Positions 26,517-34,955 of a stretch of 64,000 bases of DNA are shown one piece after another. Every line of letters starts with the position of its first letter. Within the stretch, counting starts at the first letter, position 1. The translations under genes and the position numbers were made by a program. The stretch lies in NCBI GenBank assembly GCA_947500825.1, contig CANMTR010000013.1, positions 5,889 to 69,888 of the forward strand. Reading direction: 5' to 3'. Below the pieces are notes generated by a model, which saw only the letters and a program-made list of their open reading frames with translations, made no database searches and had not been told where the DNA came from. This stretch comes from an uncultured Rhodobacteraceae bacterium. GTDB taxonomy: Bacteria; Pseudomonadota; Alphaproteobacteria; Rhodobacterales; Rhodobacteraceae.

Positions 26517-28076
26517 ATGATGACCGTATCCACCGACCGCGGCGGCCCCCCCGCCCGTGCCAGATCCGTCGACCTGCCGCTTCTCGCCGTCACGGGGGGC
26601 TTCATCGCGTTGTTCTGCGCCGTGGCGGTGATCGACATGGACACGCTCTCGGGCCTGGTCGACGGGGCCTTCGCCCTTTCGGCGCGGTATTTCGGCCTCT
26701 ACTGGCAGGTGCTCCTGCTGGCCACCTTCCTGATCGGGCTTGCGATCTGCCTGTTGCCGGGCGCGCGCACGCGACTTGGCGGCGCGGCGGCACCCGATTT
26801 TCCCGCCTTCCAGTGGGGTGCGATGATCATGTGCACGCTGCTGGCGGGCGGTGGCGTGTTCTGGGCGGCGGGCGAGCCCATCGCCCACTACATGACCACC
26901 CCGCCCCTCTTTGGCGACCTCTCGGGCCAGCCCGAAGCGCGGGCCGAGGCGGCGCTGGCGCAATCCTTCCTGCACTGGGGGTTCCTGGCCTGGGCGATCC
27001 TGGGCGCGCTGGGAACGGTGGTCCTGATGCACTATCACCACGACTACGGGTTGCCGCTGGCGCCGCGCACCCTGCTCTATCCCGTGTTCGGGCGGCACGC
27101 GATCGAGGGTCCGCTGGGCATCGCGGCGGACGCGTTCTGCATCGTGTCGGTGGTGGCCGGAACGGTGGGTCCGATCGGGTTCCTCGGCCTGCAGATGTCC
27201 TATGGGCTGAACGCGCTCTTCGGCATTCCCGACAGCTTCGCCACCCAGGCCGCGGTGATCGTGGCATTGGTGGGGATCTACTCCGTCTCGGCCGTGACGG
27301 GCCTGTCGAAGGGGATCCGGATCCTGTCGCAATTCAACGTGATCCTGGTGCTTTGCCTGCTGATCTTCATGCTGGTGGCGGGGCCGACGGCGGAGATCTT
27401 CGGCAAGTTCGGGGGCGGCTTCGCGACCTATATCGGCAACTTCTTCGGGCTGGCGTTGCAGCGGGGAGAGGCGGGGATCTTCGGCGCGCCGGGCTGGCTG
27501 GGCTGGTGGACGGTGTTCTTCTGGGGATGGTTCATCGGCTACGGGCCGCTGATGGCGGTGTTCATCGCGCGGATCAGCCGGGGCCGGTCGATCCGGTCGA
27601 TCATCATCATGCTGTCGATCGTGGCGCCGGTGGTGACGAACTTCTGGTTCACCATCATCGGGGGTGCGGGGATCGCGTTCGAGCAGGCCGATCCGGGCGT
27701 GATCTCGGGCCCGTTCGAGGGGCTGGACCTGCCTGCGGGGCTCCTGGCGATCACCCAGGCGTTTCCGGGCGGGTTCGCGCTGTCGATCGCGTTCCTGGTG
27801 CTGACCATGGCCTTCGTGGCCACGACGAGCGATTCCATGAGCTATGTCATCGCGCGGGCGATGAGCGCGGGAGAGCCCTCGGGGGCCCTGCGGGCCGGGT
27901 GGGGCGCGGCCATGGGGGTGATGGCGCTGATCCTGATCTCGCTGGGATCGGGGAGCGTGGGAAAGCTGCAGAGCTTCATCGTGGTGACGGCGGTGCCGGT
28001 GTCGCTGGTGCTGCTGCCGACCCTGTGGGAGGCGCCCCGGATCGTCTGGTCGCTCGGCCGCCGCAAGGGGGCCTGA
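26517..28076 (+). CDS. BCCT-family (betaine/carnitine/choline) transporter
   Basis: Within the ORF 26304..28076, from MMTVSTDRG. Contains 12-TM BCCT signatures (FQWGAMIMCTLLAGGGVFWAAGEP, WWTVFFWGWFIGYGPLMAVFIARISRGRSIR). Confidence 0.85.
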   Translation: MMTVSTDRGGPPARARSVDLPLLAVTGGFIALFCAVAVIDMDTLSGLVDGAFALSARYFGLYWQVLLLATFLIGLAICLLPGARTRLGGAAAPDFPAFQWGAMIMCTLLAGGGVFWAAGEPIAHYMTTPPLFGDLSGQPEARAEAALAQSFLHWGFLAWAILGALGTVVLMHYHHDYGLPLAPRTLLYPVFGRHAIEGPLGIAADAFCIVSVVAGTVGPIGFLGLQMSYGLNALFGIPDSFATQAAVIVALVGIYSVSAVTGLSKGIRILSQFNVILVLCLLIFMLVAGPTAEIFGKFGGGFATYIGNFFGLALQRGEAGIFGAPGWLGWWTVFFWGWFIGYGPLMAVFIARISRGRSIRSIIIMLSIVAPVVTNFWFTIIGGAGIAFEQADPGVISGPFEGLDLPAGLLAITQAFPGGFALSIAFLVLTMAFVATTSDSMSYVIARAMSAGEPSGALRAGWGAAMGVMALILISLGSGSVGKLQSFIVVTAVPVSLVLLPTLWEAPRIVWSLGRRKGA

Positions 28077-28094
28077 AGCCGGAAAACCGCTGTC

Positions 28095-28112
28095 GGACTC
28101 CCGTCGGAGTCC
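28095..28112. terminator. Hairpin between the convergent BCCT and gph genes
   Basis: GGACTCC cgtc GGAGTCC: a 7-bp stem with a 4-nt loop. No T-tract. Confidence 0.3.
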
Positions 28113-28131
28113 CGGCGGAGTTCCGGAGCAG

Positions 28132-28782
28132 TCAGGACAGGGCCGCCCCGATCAGGCCCGGCAGGTCGGCGAAGTCGTCGAAACAGGCCCCGGCGGCCAC
28201 GCCCCGAGGGACGCCCTCGGAGTACCCGCGCGCGTGGAACAGGAACGCCACCCCCGCGCGCGCCGCCGTCTCGGCGTCCACGTTGCTGTCGCCCACGTAG
28301 AGGCGCGGGCCCTGGCCCAGGCCCTCGAACGCGGCGTGGAGCGGCGCGGGATCGGGCTTGCGGACGGCGAGCGTGTCGCCCCCCACCAGGGCGGCGAAAC
28401 GGTCCGACAGGCCGAGATGGCCCAGAACCGCGCGGGACGGCCCCTCGGGCTTGTTGGTGCACAGGCCCAGGGCGTGGCCCTCGCCCGCGAGGATGTCGAG
28501 CGCGGCCAGCGCGCCCGGATAGGGCCGGGAGAGGTGGACCGCGTCCTCGTAGCGGTCGAGGAAGGCGGCCACGAGCCGGTCCTGCTCCGTGGCGGGGATG
28601 CCGCGGGCGGCGCGCATCCGGTCCACGAAGACGGCGACGCCCGACCCGACGAAACCCCGCGCCTGGGCCATGGAGACGGGCTCCCGCCCCTCGTCGGCCA
28701 GGAGGCCGTTGGCCACGGCGTGGAGGTCGGGGAGCGTGTCGACCAGGGTGCCGTCCAGGTCAAAGACGATCCGCGCGGTCAC
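28132..28782 (-). CDS. gph: Phosphoglycolate phosphatase (HAD superfamily)
   Basis: 216 aa with the FDLDGTLVDT motif. Overlaps the rpe stop by 4 nt. Confidence 0.85.
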   Translation of the reverse strand: MTARIVFDLDGTLVDTLPDLHAVANGLLADEGREPVSMAQARGFVGSGVAVFVDRMRAARGIPATEQDRLVAAFLDRYEDAVHLSRPYPGALAALDILAGEGHALGLCTNKPEGPSRAVLGHLGLSDRFAALVGGDTLAVRKPDPAPLHAAFEGLGQGPRLYVGDSNVDAETAARAGVAFLFHARGYSEGVPRGVAAGACFDDFADLPGLIGAALS

Positions 28783-29477
28783 GCCATGGCCCCGGTGGCC
28801 GACAGGGCGGCGCGGCGGATGGCCTCGATGTTGCGCCCGTAGGCCGCGGGCTCGTCGACCGAGCCGCCGCGGAACACGGCCGAGCCCGCCACCAGCACGT
28901 CTGCGCCTGCGCGCGCCACCAGCGGCGCGGTGGCCTCGTCGATGCCGCCGTCGACCTGGATATGGACAGGCCGGCCGCCGATCATGGCGCGCAGGCGGCG
29001 GACCTTGTCGCCGGTGTCGATGAACTGCTGGCCGCCGAAACCGGGATTGACCGTCATCACGCAGACGAGGTCGGCCACGTCCAGGAGCGGCTCGACCGCC
29101 TCGGCCGGGGTGCCGGGATTGAGGGCCACGCCCGCGCGCATGCCGCCCGCCCGGATCGCCTGGAGCGTGCGGTGGATATGGGGGCCGGCCTCCACATGGG
29201 CGGTGAGGATGTCGGCGCCGGCGGCGGCGAAGGCGGCGATGTGGGGGTCCACCGGGGCGATCATCAAATGCACGTCCATCACCGTGGTGACGTGGCGCCG
29301 GAAGGCGGCGACGGCGGGCGGCCCGAAGGTGAGGTTGGGCACGAAATGGCCGTCCATCACGTCCACGTGGACCCAGTCGGCGCCCTGGTCCTCCACCGCG
29401 CGGATCTCGCGCCCGAAATCGGCGAAGTCGGCGGACAGGATGGAGGGGGCGATGCGGATCTTGCGCTCGAATGTCAT
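28779..29477 (-). CDS. rpe: Ribulose-phosphate 3-epimerase
   Basis: Within the ORF 28779..30227, from MTFERKIRIAPSILSADFADFGREI...HVDVMDGHFVPN...MTVNPGFGGQ. Confidence 0.9.
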   Translation of the reverse strand: MTFERKIRIAPSILSADFADFGREIRAVEDQGADWVHVDVMDGHFVPNLTFGPPAVAAFRRHVTTVMDVHLMIAPVDPHIAAFAAAGADILTAHVEAGPHIHRTLQAIRAGGMRAGVALNPGTPAEAVEPLLDVADLVCVMTVNPGFGGQQFIDTGDKVRRLRAMIGGRPVHIQVDGGIDEATAPLVARAGADVLVAGSAVFRGGSVDEPAAYGRNIEAIRRAALSATGAMA

Positions 29478-29500
29478 GGGATCTCCTTCGTGGCGGGCGG

Positions 29501-29977
29501 TCAGTTCTGCCCGCCTTGCGTCTGTCCGTCCTGCTCTCGCCAGGCCGTGCGGAAGGCCCGCTGCCAGGCGGAATAGATGTAGGTGGCCGACCAGGTGAGG
29601 ACCATGAAACCGCCCAGGGACTGCATCAGGCTGATCAGGCGGACGGGGCCGTCCGTGGTGATCGAGGTATAGCCCAGAGACGTGAACTGGATGCCGGAAA
29701 AATAGACCAGGTCGCCCCAGCCCCCGGAATAGGCCGGCCCCGAGAGGCCGCCCAGCCAGTCGAACGCGGGCAGCGACAGGAGCACGCCGTAGGCCGCCGC
29801 CCAGGCCAGGATCTCGGCCGTGTGGAGGGCGAGGAGGCCCATGAACACGCCAAGGATCGTCCAGTTCGGATTGCGCCGGTCGTAGCCGCTCAAGAGCTCC
29901 AGACCGCGCAGGGCGAAATGGTGCGCCACCCCCATGCTCGCCACGAGCGCCAGACCGATCACGAGTGCCACGGGCAT
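29501..29977 (-). CDS. Small 2-TM ion-channel-like membrane protein (Ion_trans_2-like, non-canonical filter)
   Basis: Start chosen at MPVALVIGLALV. The pore-like segment FSGIQFTSLGYTSITTDGP lies between hydrophobic helices. It lacks GYGD. Confidence 0.55.
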   Translation of the reverse strand: MPVALVIGLALVASMGVAHHFALRGLELLSGYDRRNPNWTILGVFMGLLALHTAEILAWAAAYGVLLSLPAFDWLGGLSGPAYSGGWGDLVYFSGIQFTSLGYTSITTDGPVRLISLMQSLGGFMVLTWSATYIYSAWQRAFRTAWREQDGQTQGGQN

Positions 29978-30168
29978 CCTTCCTTCGTTTCCGGGGGCCC
30001 CTGTCGCATGGCGCGCGGCAAAGGCCCACCCCCCGCCGGAGGGCGCGCGGGTCACGGGGATTGATCCGCGGCACGATGTGGCCTAAAGGCGCGCGCCGCC
30101 CCTCCACACGGTCCGCGACGGACACCGCCCATGACGCATGTGGGCCAAGAGCACAGGACGCTTTTCCC

Positions 30169-30753
30169 ATGATGGACTGGATCAGTTCCCACGTCTCGGT
30201 CCTGCAGTTGGGCGTGAGCGTCATCACGGCGGCGATCTGGGTGGTCTATCTCCAGATGCTGGTGATGAGCGTGCGCCGCCAGCGCCGGACCGTGCTGACC
30301 ATCAACCGCGGCGCCGGCGACGGCTTCGCCGCCCGGATCATCGTGTCGAACCTGAGCTACGAGCCCGTCTATCTGCGCGACATGATCCTGGTGCTGCACA
30401 CCGACAAGGAGCGGGTGGTCCGCAATGTCACCGACCTCAAGGAGCTGGGCCAGGACGACATGTCGAAGGAGCTCGAGGGGACGGTGCAGGGACCGCTGGG
30501 GATGGGCGACCATATCGACGTGGGCTCGTTCAACGGGGCGCTGAGCCGGGTGGACGACCGCGTGCGTCCCGCCCAGGGAACGATCACCCGGATCGAGGTG
30601 GTGATCGTGGCGGCGCGCGAACGGGTCACGGGGGTGCGCCGGCGTTACGACGTGGTGCGGGGCGACAGGGGCATGCTGGCCCTGGAACCGGTCGACTACC
30701 GGGTGGAGACGCTGTCGCAGCGGGCCTGCCACAAGGTGCTGCGCGAGATCTGA
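30169..30753 (+). CDS. Hypothetical membrane-anchored protein
   Basis: Start at MMDWISSHVSVLQLGVSVITAAIWVVYLQMLVM (one TM), followed by a soluble domain of about 160 aa. No motif recognised. Codon position 3 is G/C-rich. Confidence 0.5.
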   Translation: MMDWISSHVSVLQLGVSVITAAIWVVYLQMLVMSVRRQRRTVLTINRGAGDGFAARIIVSNLSYEPVYLRDMILVLHTDKERVVRNVTDLKELGQDDMSKELEGTVQGPLGMGDHIDVGSFNGALSRVDDRVRPAQGTITRIEVVIVAARERVTGVRRRYDVVRGDRGMLALEPVDYRVETLSQRACHKVLREI

Positions 30754-30859
30754 GCCATGCGGCGGGTGCAATGCCGCACTGCGGCAAGACGCGTTGCGCG
30801 GGGCCGGGCCGGACCATAGGTTGGTGGTGAGGGCCAGACCCGCCCCACGGAGATCCGAG

Positions 30860-31081
30860 ATGGCCGAGACCCGGACCGCCCCCAGACAGCACCCCGCCGG
30901 ACCGGCGGAGCTGCGCGAGGCCGCCCGCCGGCGCTTCCACGCCTATTTCCGCATCCATGCCGACCTGATGCGCCTCGACGCGCGGTGCCTGTCGCGCCAG
31001 GGCCTGTCGCGCCGCGACGTGGCCGACGTCGCGCATGCGCGCGCCTTCGGGCCCGGGGTGCCGGAGACGGGCGCGGCCTGA
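30860..31081 (+). CDS. Small DUF1127-like protein
   Basis: 73 aa. The MRLDARCLSRQGLSRRDVADVA segment resembles the DUF1127 L..LDDR.L.DIGLSR.D pattern. Confidence 0.4.
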   Translation: MAETRTAPRQHPAGPAELREAARRRFHAYFRIHADLMRLDARCLSRQGLSRRDVADVAHARAFGPGVPETGAA

Positions 31082-31167
31082 TCCCGCGCTGTCGCGCGCC
31101 GTCCCCTCCCGCCGGCTGATTTGACGCCCGCGCGGCCTATGTGGCGCTCCCGAAGGGGGACCGCACC

Positions 31168-32382
31168 ATGACAGGACCGCTCGAGGGCATCCGCATCGTC
31201 GATCTGACCACGATGATCTCGGGGCCGCTGGCCACGATGACGCTGGCCGACCAGGGCGCGGAGGTGATCAAGATCGAGCGCCCCGGCGGCGGCGACCATT
31301 CGCGCCAGGTGGCCGACAGGCGCGGCGGCATGGCGGCCTCGTTCCTCAACAACAATCGCGGCAAGCGCTCGGTCGCGCTCGACCTCAAGGACCCGCGCGG
31401 CGTGGAGGCCGCCCTGCGGCTGGTCGAGGGGGCGGACGTGTTCGTGCAGAACTTCCGCCCCGGCGTGGCCGAAAGGCTGGGCCTGGGCGAGGAGGCGGTG
31501 CGGGGCGCGGCGCCCGACATCGTCTATGCCTCGATCTCGGGGTTCGGAGAGGCGGGCGACTGGGCCGGGCGGCCCGTCTACGACCCGCTGATCCAGGCGA
31601 TCTCGGGCCTCGCGGCGGTGCAGGGGGGAGAGAGCGGACGGCCCCGTCTGGTGCGCACGATCCTGCCCGACAAGGTGACCGCGATCCAGGGCGCGCAGGC
31701 GATTACCGCAGCACTCCTGGGGCGGATGCGCACGGGGCGGGGCACCCATGTGCGCCTGTCGATGCTGGAGACGGTGGTGGCGTTCCTGTGGGCCTCGGAC
31801 ATGGCGGGGCAGACCTTCGTGGGCGACGAGGCGGCCGACGCGCTCGAGCCGGATGCGCCCGCGCAGGACTACGTGGAGCTGATCTATCGCACGGCAGACG
31901 GGTTCATGGCCGTCTCGGCCCATACCGACAAGACCTGGGCGGGGCTGTCGCGCGCCGTGGGGCGGCCCGACTGGCTGGAGGATCCGCGCTTCGGCGACGT
32001 GGCCGCGCGCGAGGTCAACAAGGCCGCGCGGCTGGAGCTGACCCAGGAGGCGCTGGCGGGCGACACCACCGACAACTGGCTCGCCCGCCTCTCGGACGAG
32101 GACGTGCCCTGCGCGCCCGCCCTGTCGCGGGGCGGGATGGTCCGCCACCCCCAGGTCGCAGCGATGGGCATCGTCGCCGAGCTCGACCACCCCCAGGCGG
32201 GGCGCATCCGCCAGGCCCGGCCCCCTGCCCGCTTCGACGCGGCGCTTGGCCCCGGGCGGCCCGCGCCGCGGCTGGGGCGCGACACGATCTGGGCGCTGGA
32301 GCGGGCGGGATACGCAAAGGCGGAGATCGACGCCCTGATCGCGGCGGGCGTCGCCACGGGAGTACAGGAGGCAGACGAATGA
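31168..32382 (+). CDS. Family III CoA-transferase (CaiB/BaiF)
   Basis: MTGPLEGIRIVDLTTMISGPLATMTLADQGAEVIKIE...NRGKRSVALDLK. A GGGGGA Shine-Dalgarno sequence lies upstream of the ATG at 31168. Confidence 0.85.
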   Translation: MTGPLEGIRIVDLTTMISGPLATMTLADQGAEVIKIERPGGGDHSRQVADRRGGMAASFLNNNRGKRSVALDLKDPRGVEAALRLVEGADVFVQNFRPGVAERLGLGEEAVRGAAPDIVYASISGFGEAGDWAGRPVYDPLIQAISGLAAVQGGESGRPRLVRTILPDKVTAIQGAQAITAALLGRMRTGRGTHVRLSMLETVVAFLWASDMAGQTFVGDEAADALEPDAPAQDYVELIYRTADGFMAVSAHTDKTWAGLSRAVGRPDWLEDPRFGDVAAREVNKAARLELTQEALAGDTTDNWLARLSDEDVPCAPALSRGGMVRHPQVAAMGIVAELDHPQAGRIRQARPPARFDAALGPGRPAPRLGRDTIWALERAGYAKAEIDALIAAGVATGVQEADE

Positions 32383-33098
32383 TCGAGTTCCACTACGCGC
32401 CTACGCCCAACGGCTGGAAGGTCGCCATCATGCTGGAGGAGGCCGGGCTCGACTACGAGCTGCGGCTCATGAGCCTGTCGGACGGCGACCAGTTCGACCC
32501 CGCCTTCCTGGCGATCAGCCCCAACGCCAAGATGCCCGCCATCCTCGACCGCGACCCCGGACCGGGCTGGGGCGACGCGCCCGTTCCCGTCTTCGAATCG
32601 GGGGCGATCCTGCGCTACCTCGCCGACAAGGCGGGCCGGTTCGGCGCCGGAGGGGACAAGCGCGCCGCGAAGGAGATGGACGAGTGGCTGTTCTGGCAGG
32701 TGGGCAACCAGGGGCCCATGGGCGGGCAACTGAGCCACTATGCCAATTACGCGCCAGAAGGGGACCGGGACTACGGGTTCGACCGCTATCTCGGCGAATA
32801 CGACCGCAATCTCGGGGTGCTGGAGGCACGGCTGGAGGGGCGGGAGTGGATCATGGGCCACGAGTATACCATCGCCGACATGATCGCCTTTCCCTGGGCG
32901 TTCATCGCCAAGCCGCTGGGGGCCTCGCTCGACGGGTTTCCACGGGTGGCCGCGTGGCGCGGGCGGATCAAGGAGCGCCCGGCCGTGCAAAGGGCCATCG
33001 ACCTGCACAAGGATGCCCAGAACCGCGGGCAGCACCGTGTGGAGAACAACGACGTGCTGTTCTCCCAGTCCTCCAGATCCCTGTCGCGGGGGCGGTGA
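32379..33098 (+). CDS. Glutathione S-transferase (Nu/YghU-like)
   Basis: Starts at an ATGA overlap with the upstream stop. MIEFHYAPTPNGWKVAIMLEEAGLDYEL...NAKMPAILD...ESGAILRYLA. Confidence 0.85.
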   Translation: MIEFHYAPTPNGWKVAIMLEEAGLDYELRLMSLSDGDQFDPAFLAISPNAKMPAILDRDPGPGWGDAPVPVFESGAILRYLADKAGRFGAGGDKRAAKEMDEWLFWQVGNQGPMGGQLSHYANYAPEGDRDYGFDRYLGEYDRNLGVLEARLEGREWIMGHEYTIADMIAFPWAFIAKPLGASLDGFPRVAAWRGRIKERPAVQRAIDLHKDAQNRGQHRVENNDVLFSQSSRSLSRGR

Positions 33099-33207
33099 GG
33101 CCGCGAAAATGCCGCCGTGGCGGATCGACGCCGCCCGCCGATGACGTTATCGTCACCTCCGAAACGCCCGCCGGGGTCCGTCCCGGCGCGACAGGGAGGA
33201 AGACACG

Positions 33208-34218
33208 ATGAGACATATCGCACTCGCCACCGGACTGGCGCTGGTCGCGGCCGGCGCGGCCCAGGCGCAGACCAACCTGCGCTTCCAGTCCTCCGACCCC
33301 GCCGGCAACCCCAATTTCGAGTTGCAGCAGGGCTGGACCGAGACGGTCGAGGAGATGACGGACGGCGAGATCACGATCGATCTGCTTCCCGTGGACTCCA
33401 TCGTCGCCCATTCGGAAACGATGGACGCGATCTCGGCCGGCATCCTCGACGGCCACATCACCGACACGTCCTACTTCGCGGGCAAGGACGCGGCCTTCGG
33501 GCTGATCGCCAACCCCGTGGGCGCGTGGTCGGACCCCCAGGAGATGTTCGACTTCATGGAGAACGGGGGCGGCTACGAGCTGATGAACGAGCTCGAGAAC
33601 CCCTACGGGCTGCAGTTCGTCGGCGCGACCACGCCCGGGCTCGAGGCCTTCGTCTCGTCGGTGCCGCTCGACGGGGTGGACGACCTTCAGGGGCTGAAGC
33701 TTCGCGCGCCCGAGGGGCTGGTCCAGCGCGTCTTCGCCGCCGCGGGCGCCGCGCCGGTGAACCTGCCCGGCTCGGAGGTGTTCACCGCGCTCGACAAGGG
33801 CACGATCGACGCGGCCGACTACAACGTTCTGTCGACCAACCACGCGCAAGGCCTGCACGACGTGGCGCCGCACCCGGTCTATCCCGGCTTCCACTCCATG
33901 CCGCTGATCGAGATCTCGATGAACAAGCAGACCTGGGACGGCCTGTCGTCCGAGATGCAGGAGACCCTGCGCGAGAGCGTGCGCCAGTTCCGCGAGACCC
34001 AGATCGAGACGGTCCAGGAGGCCAACGAGGCCACCGCCGAGGAGATCCGCGCGGGCGACGAGGTGACGATCCACGACTGGTCCGACGAGGAGCGGGCCAA
34101 GTTCCGAGCCATCGCCACGGGCGAATGGGAGCAGGTCGCGGGCCAGTCCCAGAACGCGCAGAAGGTCTATGACACGCTGACCGCGTATCTCGAGGAGGAG
34201 GGCATGCTGTCACAGTGA
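33208..34218 (+). CDS. dctP: TRAP transporter solute-binding protein (DctP family)
   Basis: 336 aa with a signal peptide (MRHIALATGLALVAAGAAQAQ). DctP-type sequence. Confidence 0.85.
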   Translation: MRHIALATGLALVAAGAAQAQTNLRFQSSDPAGNPNFELQQGWTETVEEMTDGEITIDLLPVDSIVAHSETMDAISAGILDGHITDTSYFAGKDAAFGLIANPVGAWSDPQEMFDFMENGGGYELMNELENPYGLQFVGATTPGLEAFVSSVPLDGVDDLQGLKLRAPEGLVQRVFAAAGAAPVNLPGSEVFTALDKGTIDAADYNVLSTNHAQGLHDVAPHPVYPGFHSMPLIEISMNKQTWDGLSSEMQETLRESVRQFRETQIETVQEANEATAEEIRAGDEVTIHDWSDEERAKFRAIATGEWEQVAGQSQNAQKVYDTLTAYLEEEGMLSQ

Positions 34219-34228
34219 CGGATGCCCT

Positions 34229-34254
34229 GGCCCCGCCCGTCCGCGGGCGGGGCC
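34229..34254 (+). other. Perfect 11-bp stem hairpin in the dctP-dctQ spacer
   Basis: GGCCCCGCCCG tccg CGGGCGGGGCC, located 10 nt after the dctP stop. No T-tract follows. Confidence 0.6.
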
Positions 34255-34463
34255 GTATGTGAGCGGATGCGGATACCCCGGGGGGAATGGCGATGACGCG
34301 CGAGAGAGGCGAGGACCAGGCCCAGGCCGGTCCCTCGGCGGAGGACGACGCCCCCCTGCGGGACGGTGATGGCACGTCCCTGCGGGACGGTGACGGCGCG
34401 CCCAATGGGAGCGACGACGGCACGCCCGTCCGGGAGGCCGCGGGCCCGATCCCCGAGGCGGGA

Positions 34464-34955
34464 ATGCTGGGCCGGATCGTGGACAAGGGCGGCTGGATCT
34501 TCGCCGCCGGGATCTTCGTGGCGATGCTGATCCTGATCCAGGAGATCGTGCTGCGCTACGTGTTCAACAACCCCACCTCCTGGGCGCACGAGACGACCGT
34601 GTTCCTGTGCGGCGCGGCCTTCGTCTATGGCGGGCTGTTCTGCGCGGCGCGCAACGAGCATATCCGCGTGGTGCTGATCTACGACGCGGTGCCGCCGCGG
34701 GTGCGGCGTGTCTTCGACGTGATCATCTCGGCCGTCTGCGCCCTGGCCTCGGCCTTCTTCGCCTATGCGGCGGTGCTGATGGTGCAGCGCGCGGCCTTCC
34801 GCCCCGACGGCACGTTCCGGCTGGAAAGCTCCGGCTCGGCCTGGGACCCGGTCTATCCGGGCGTCCTGAAGATCTTCCTCATGGGGGTCCTGTTCGTGCT
34901 GACCGCGCAGTTCCTGATCATGGCCGTGAACTATGCCCGCGGGGTGCGCAGATGA
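34464..34955 (+). CDS. dctQ: TRAP transporter small permease (DctQ)
   Basis: The ORF is open from 34287. The ATG at 34464 has a GAGG 6 nt upstream and gives a typical 163-aa DctQ (MLGRIVDKGGWIFAAGIFVAMLILIQEIVLRYVFNNPTSWAHE). The 59-codon upstream extension is acidic and low-complexity. Confidence 0.75.
   Translation: MLGRIVDKGGWIFAAGIFVAMLILIQEIVLRYVFNNPTSWAHETTVFLCGAAFVYGGLFCAARNEHIRVVLIYDAVPPRVRRVFDVIISAVCALASAFFAYAAVLMVQRAAFRPDGTFRLESSGSAWDPVYPGVLKIFLMGVLFVLTAQFLIMAVNYARGVRR

Noticed and set aside
29501-29977. Calling this gene a potassium channel
   Set aside because: The pore-loop architecture is present, but the filter reads TSLGYTS instead of TVGYGD. Only a generic channel-like call is justified.
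28779-30227. 482-aa ORF suggesting a long N-terminal extension of Rpe
   Set aside because: Rpe homology starts at the ATG at 29477. The upstream 250 codons are Arg/Gly/Pro-rich and overlap the better-supported channel-like gene in another frame.
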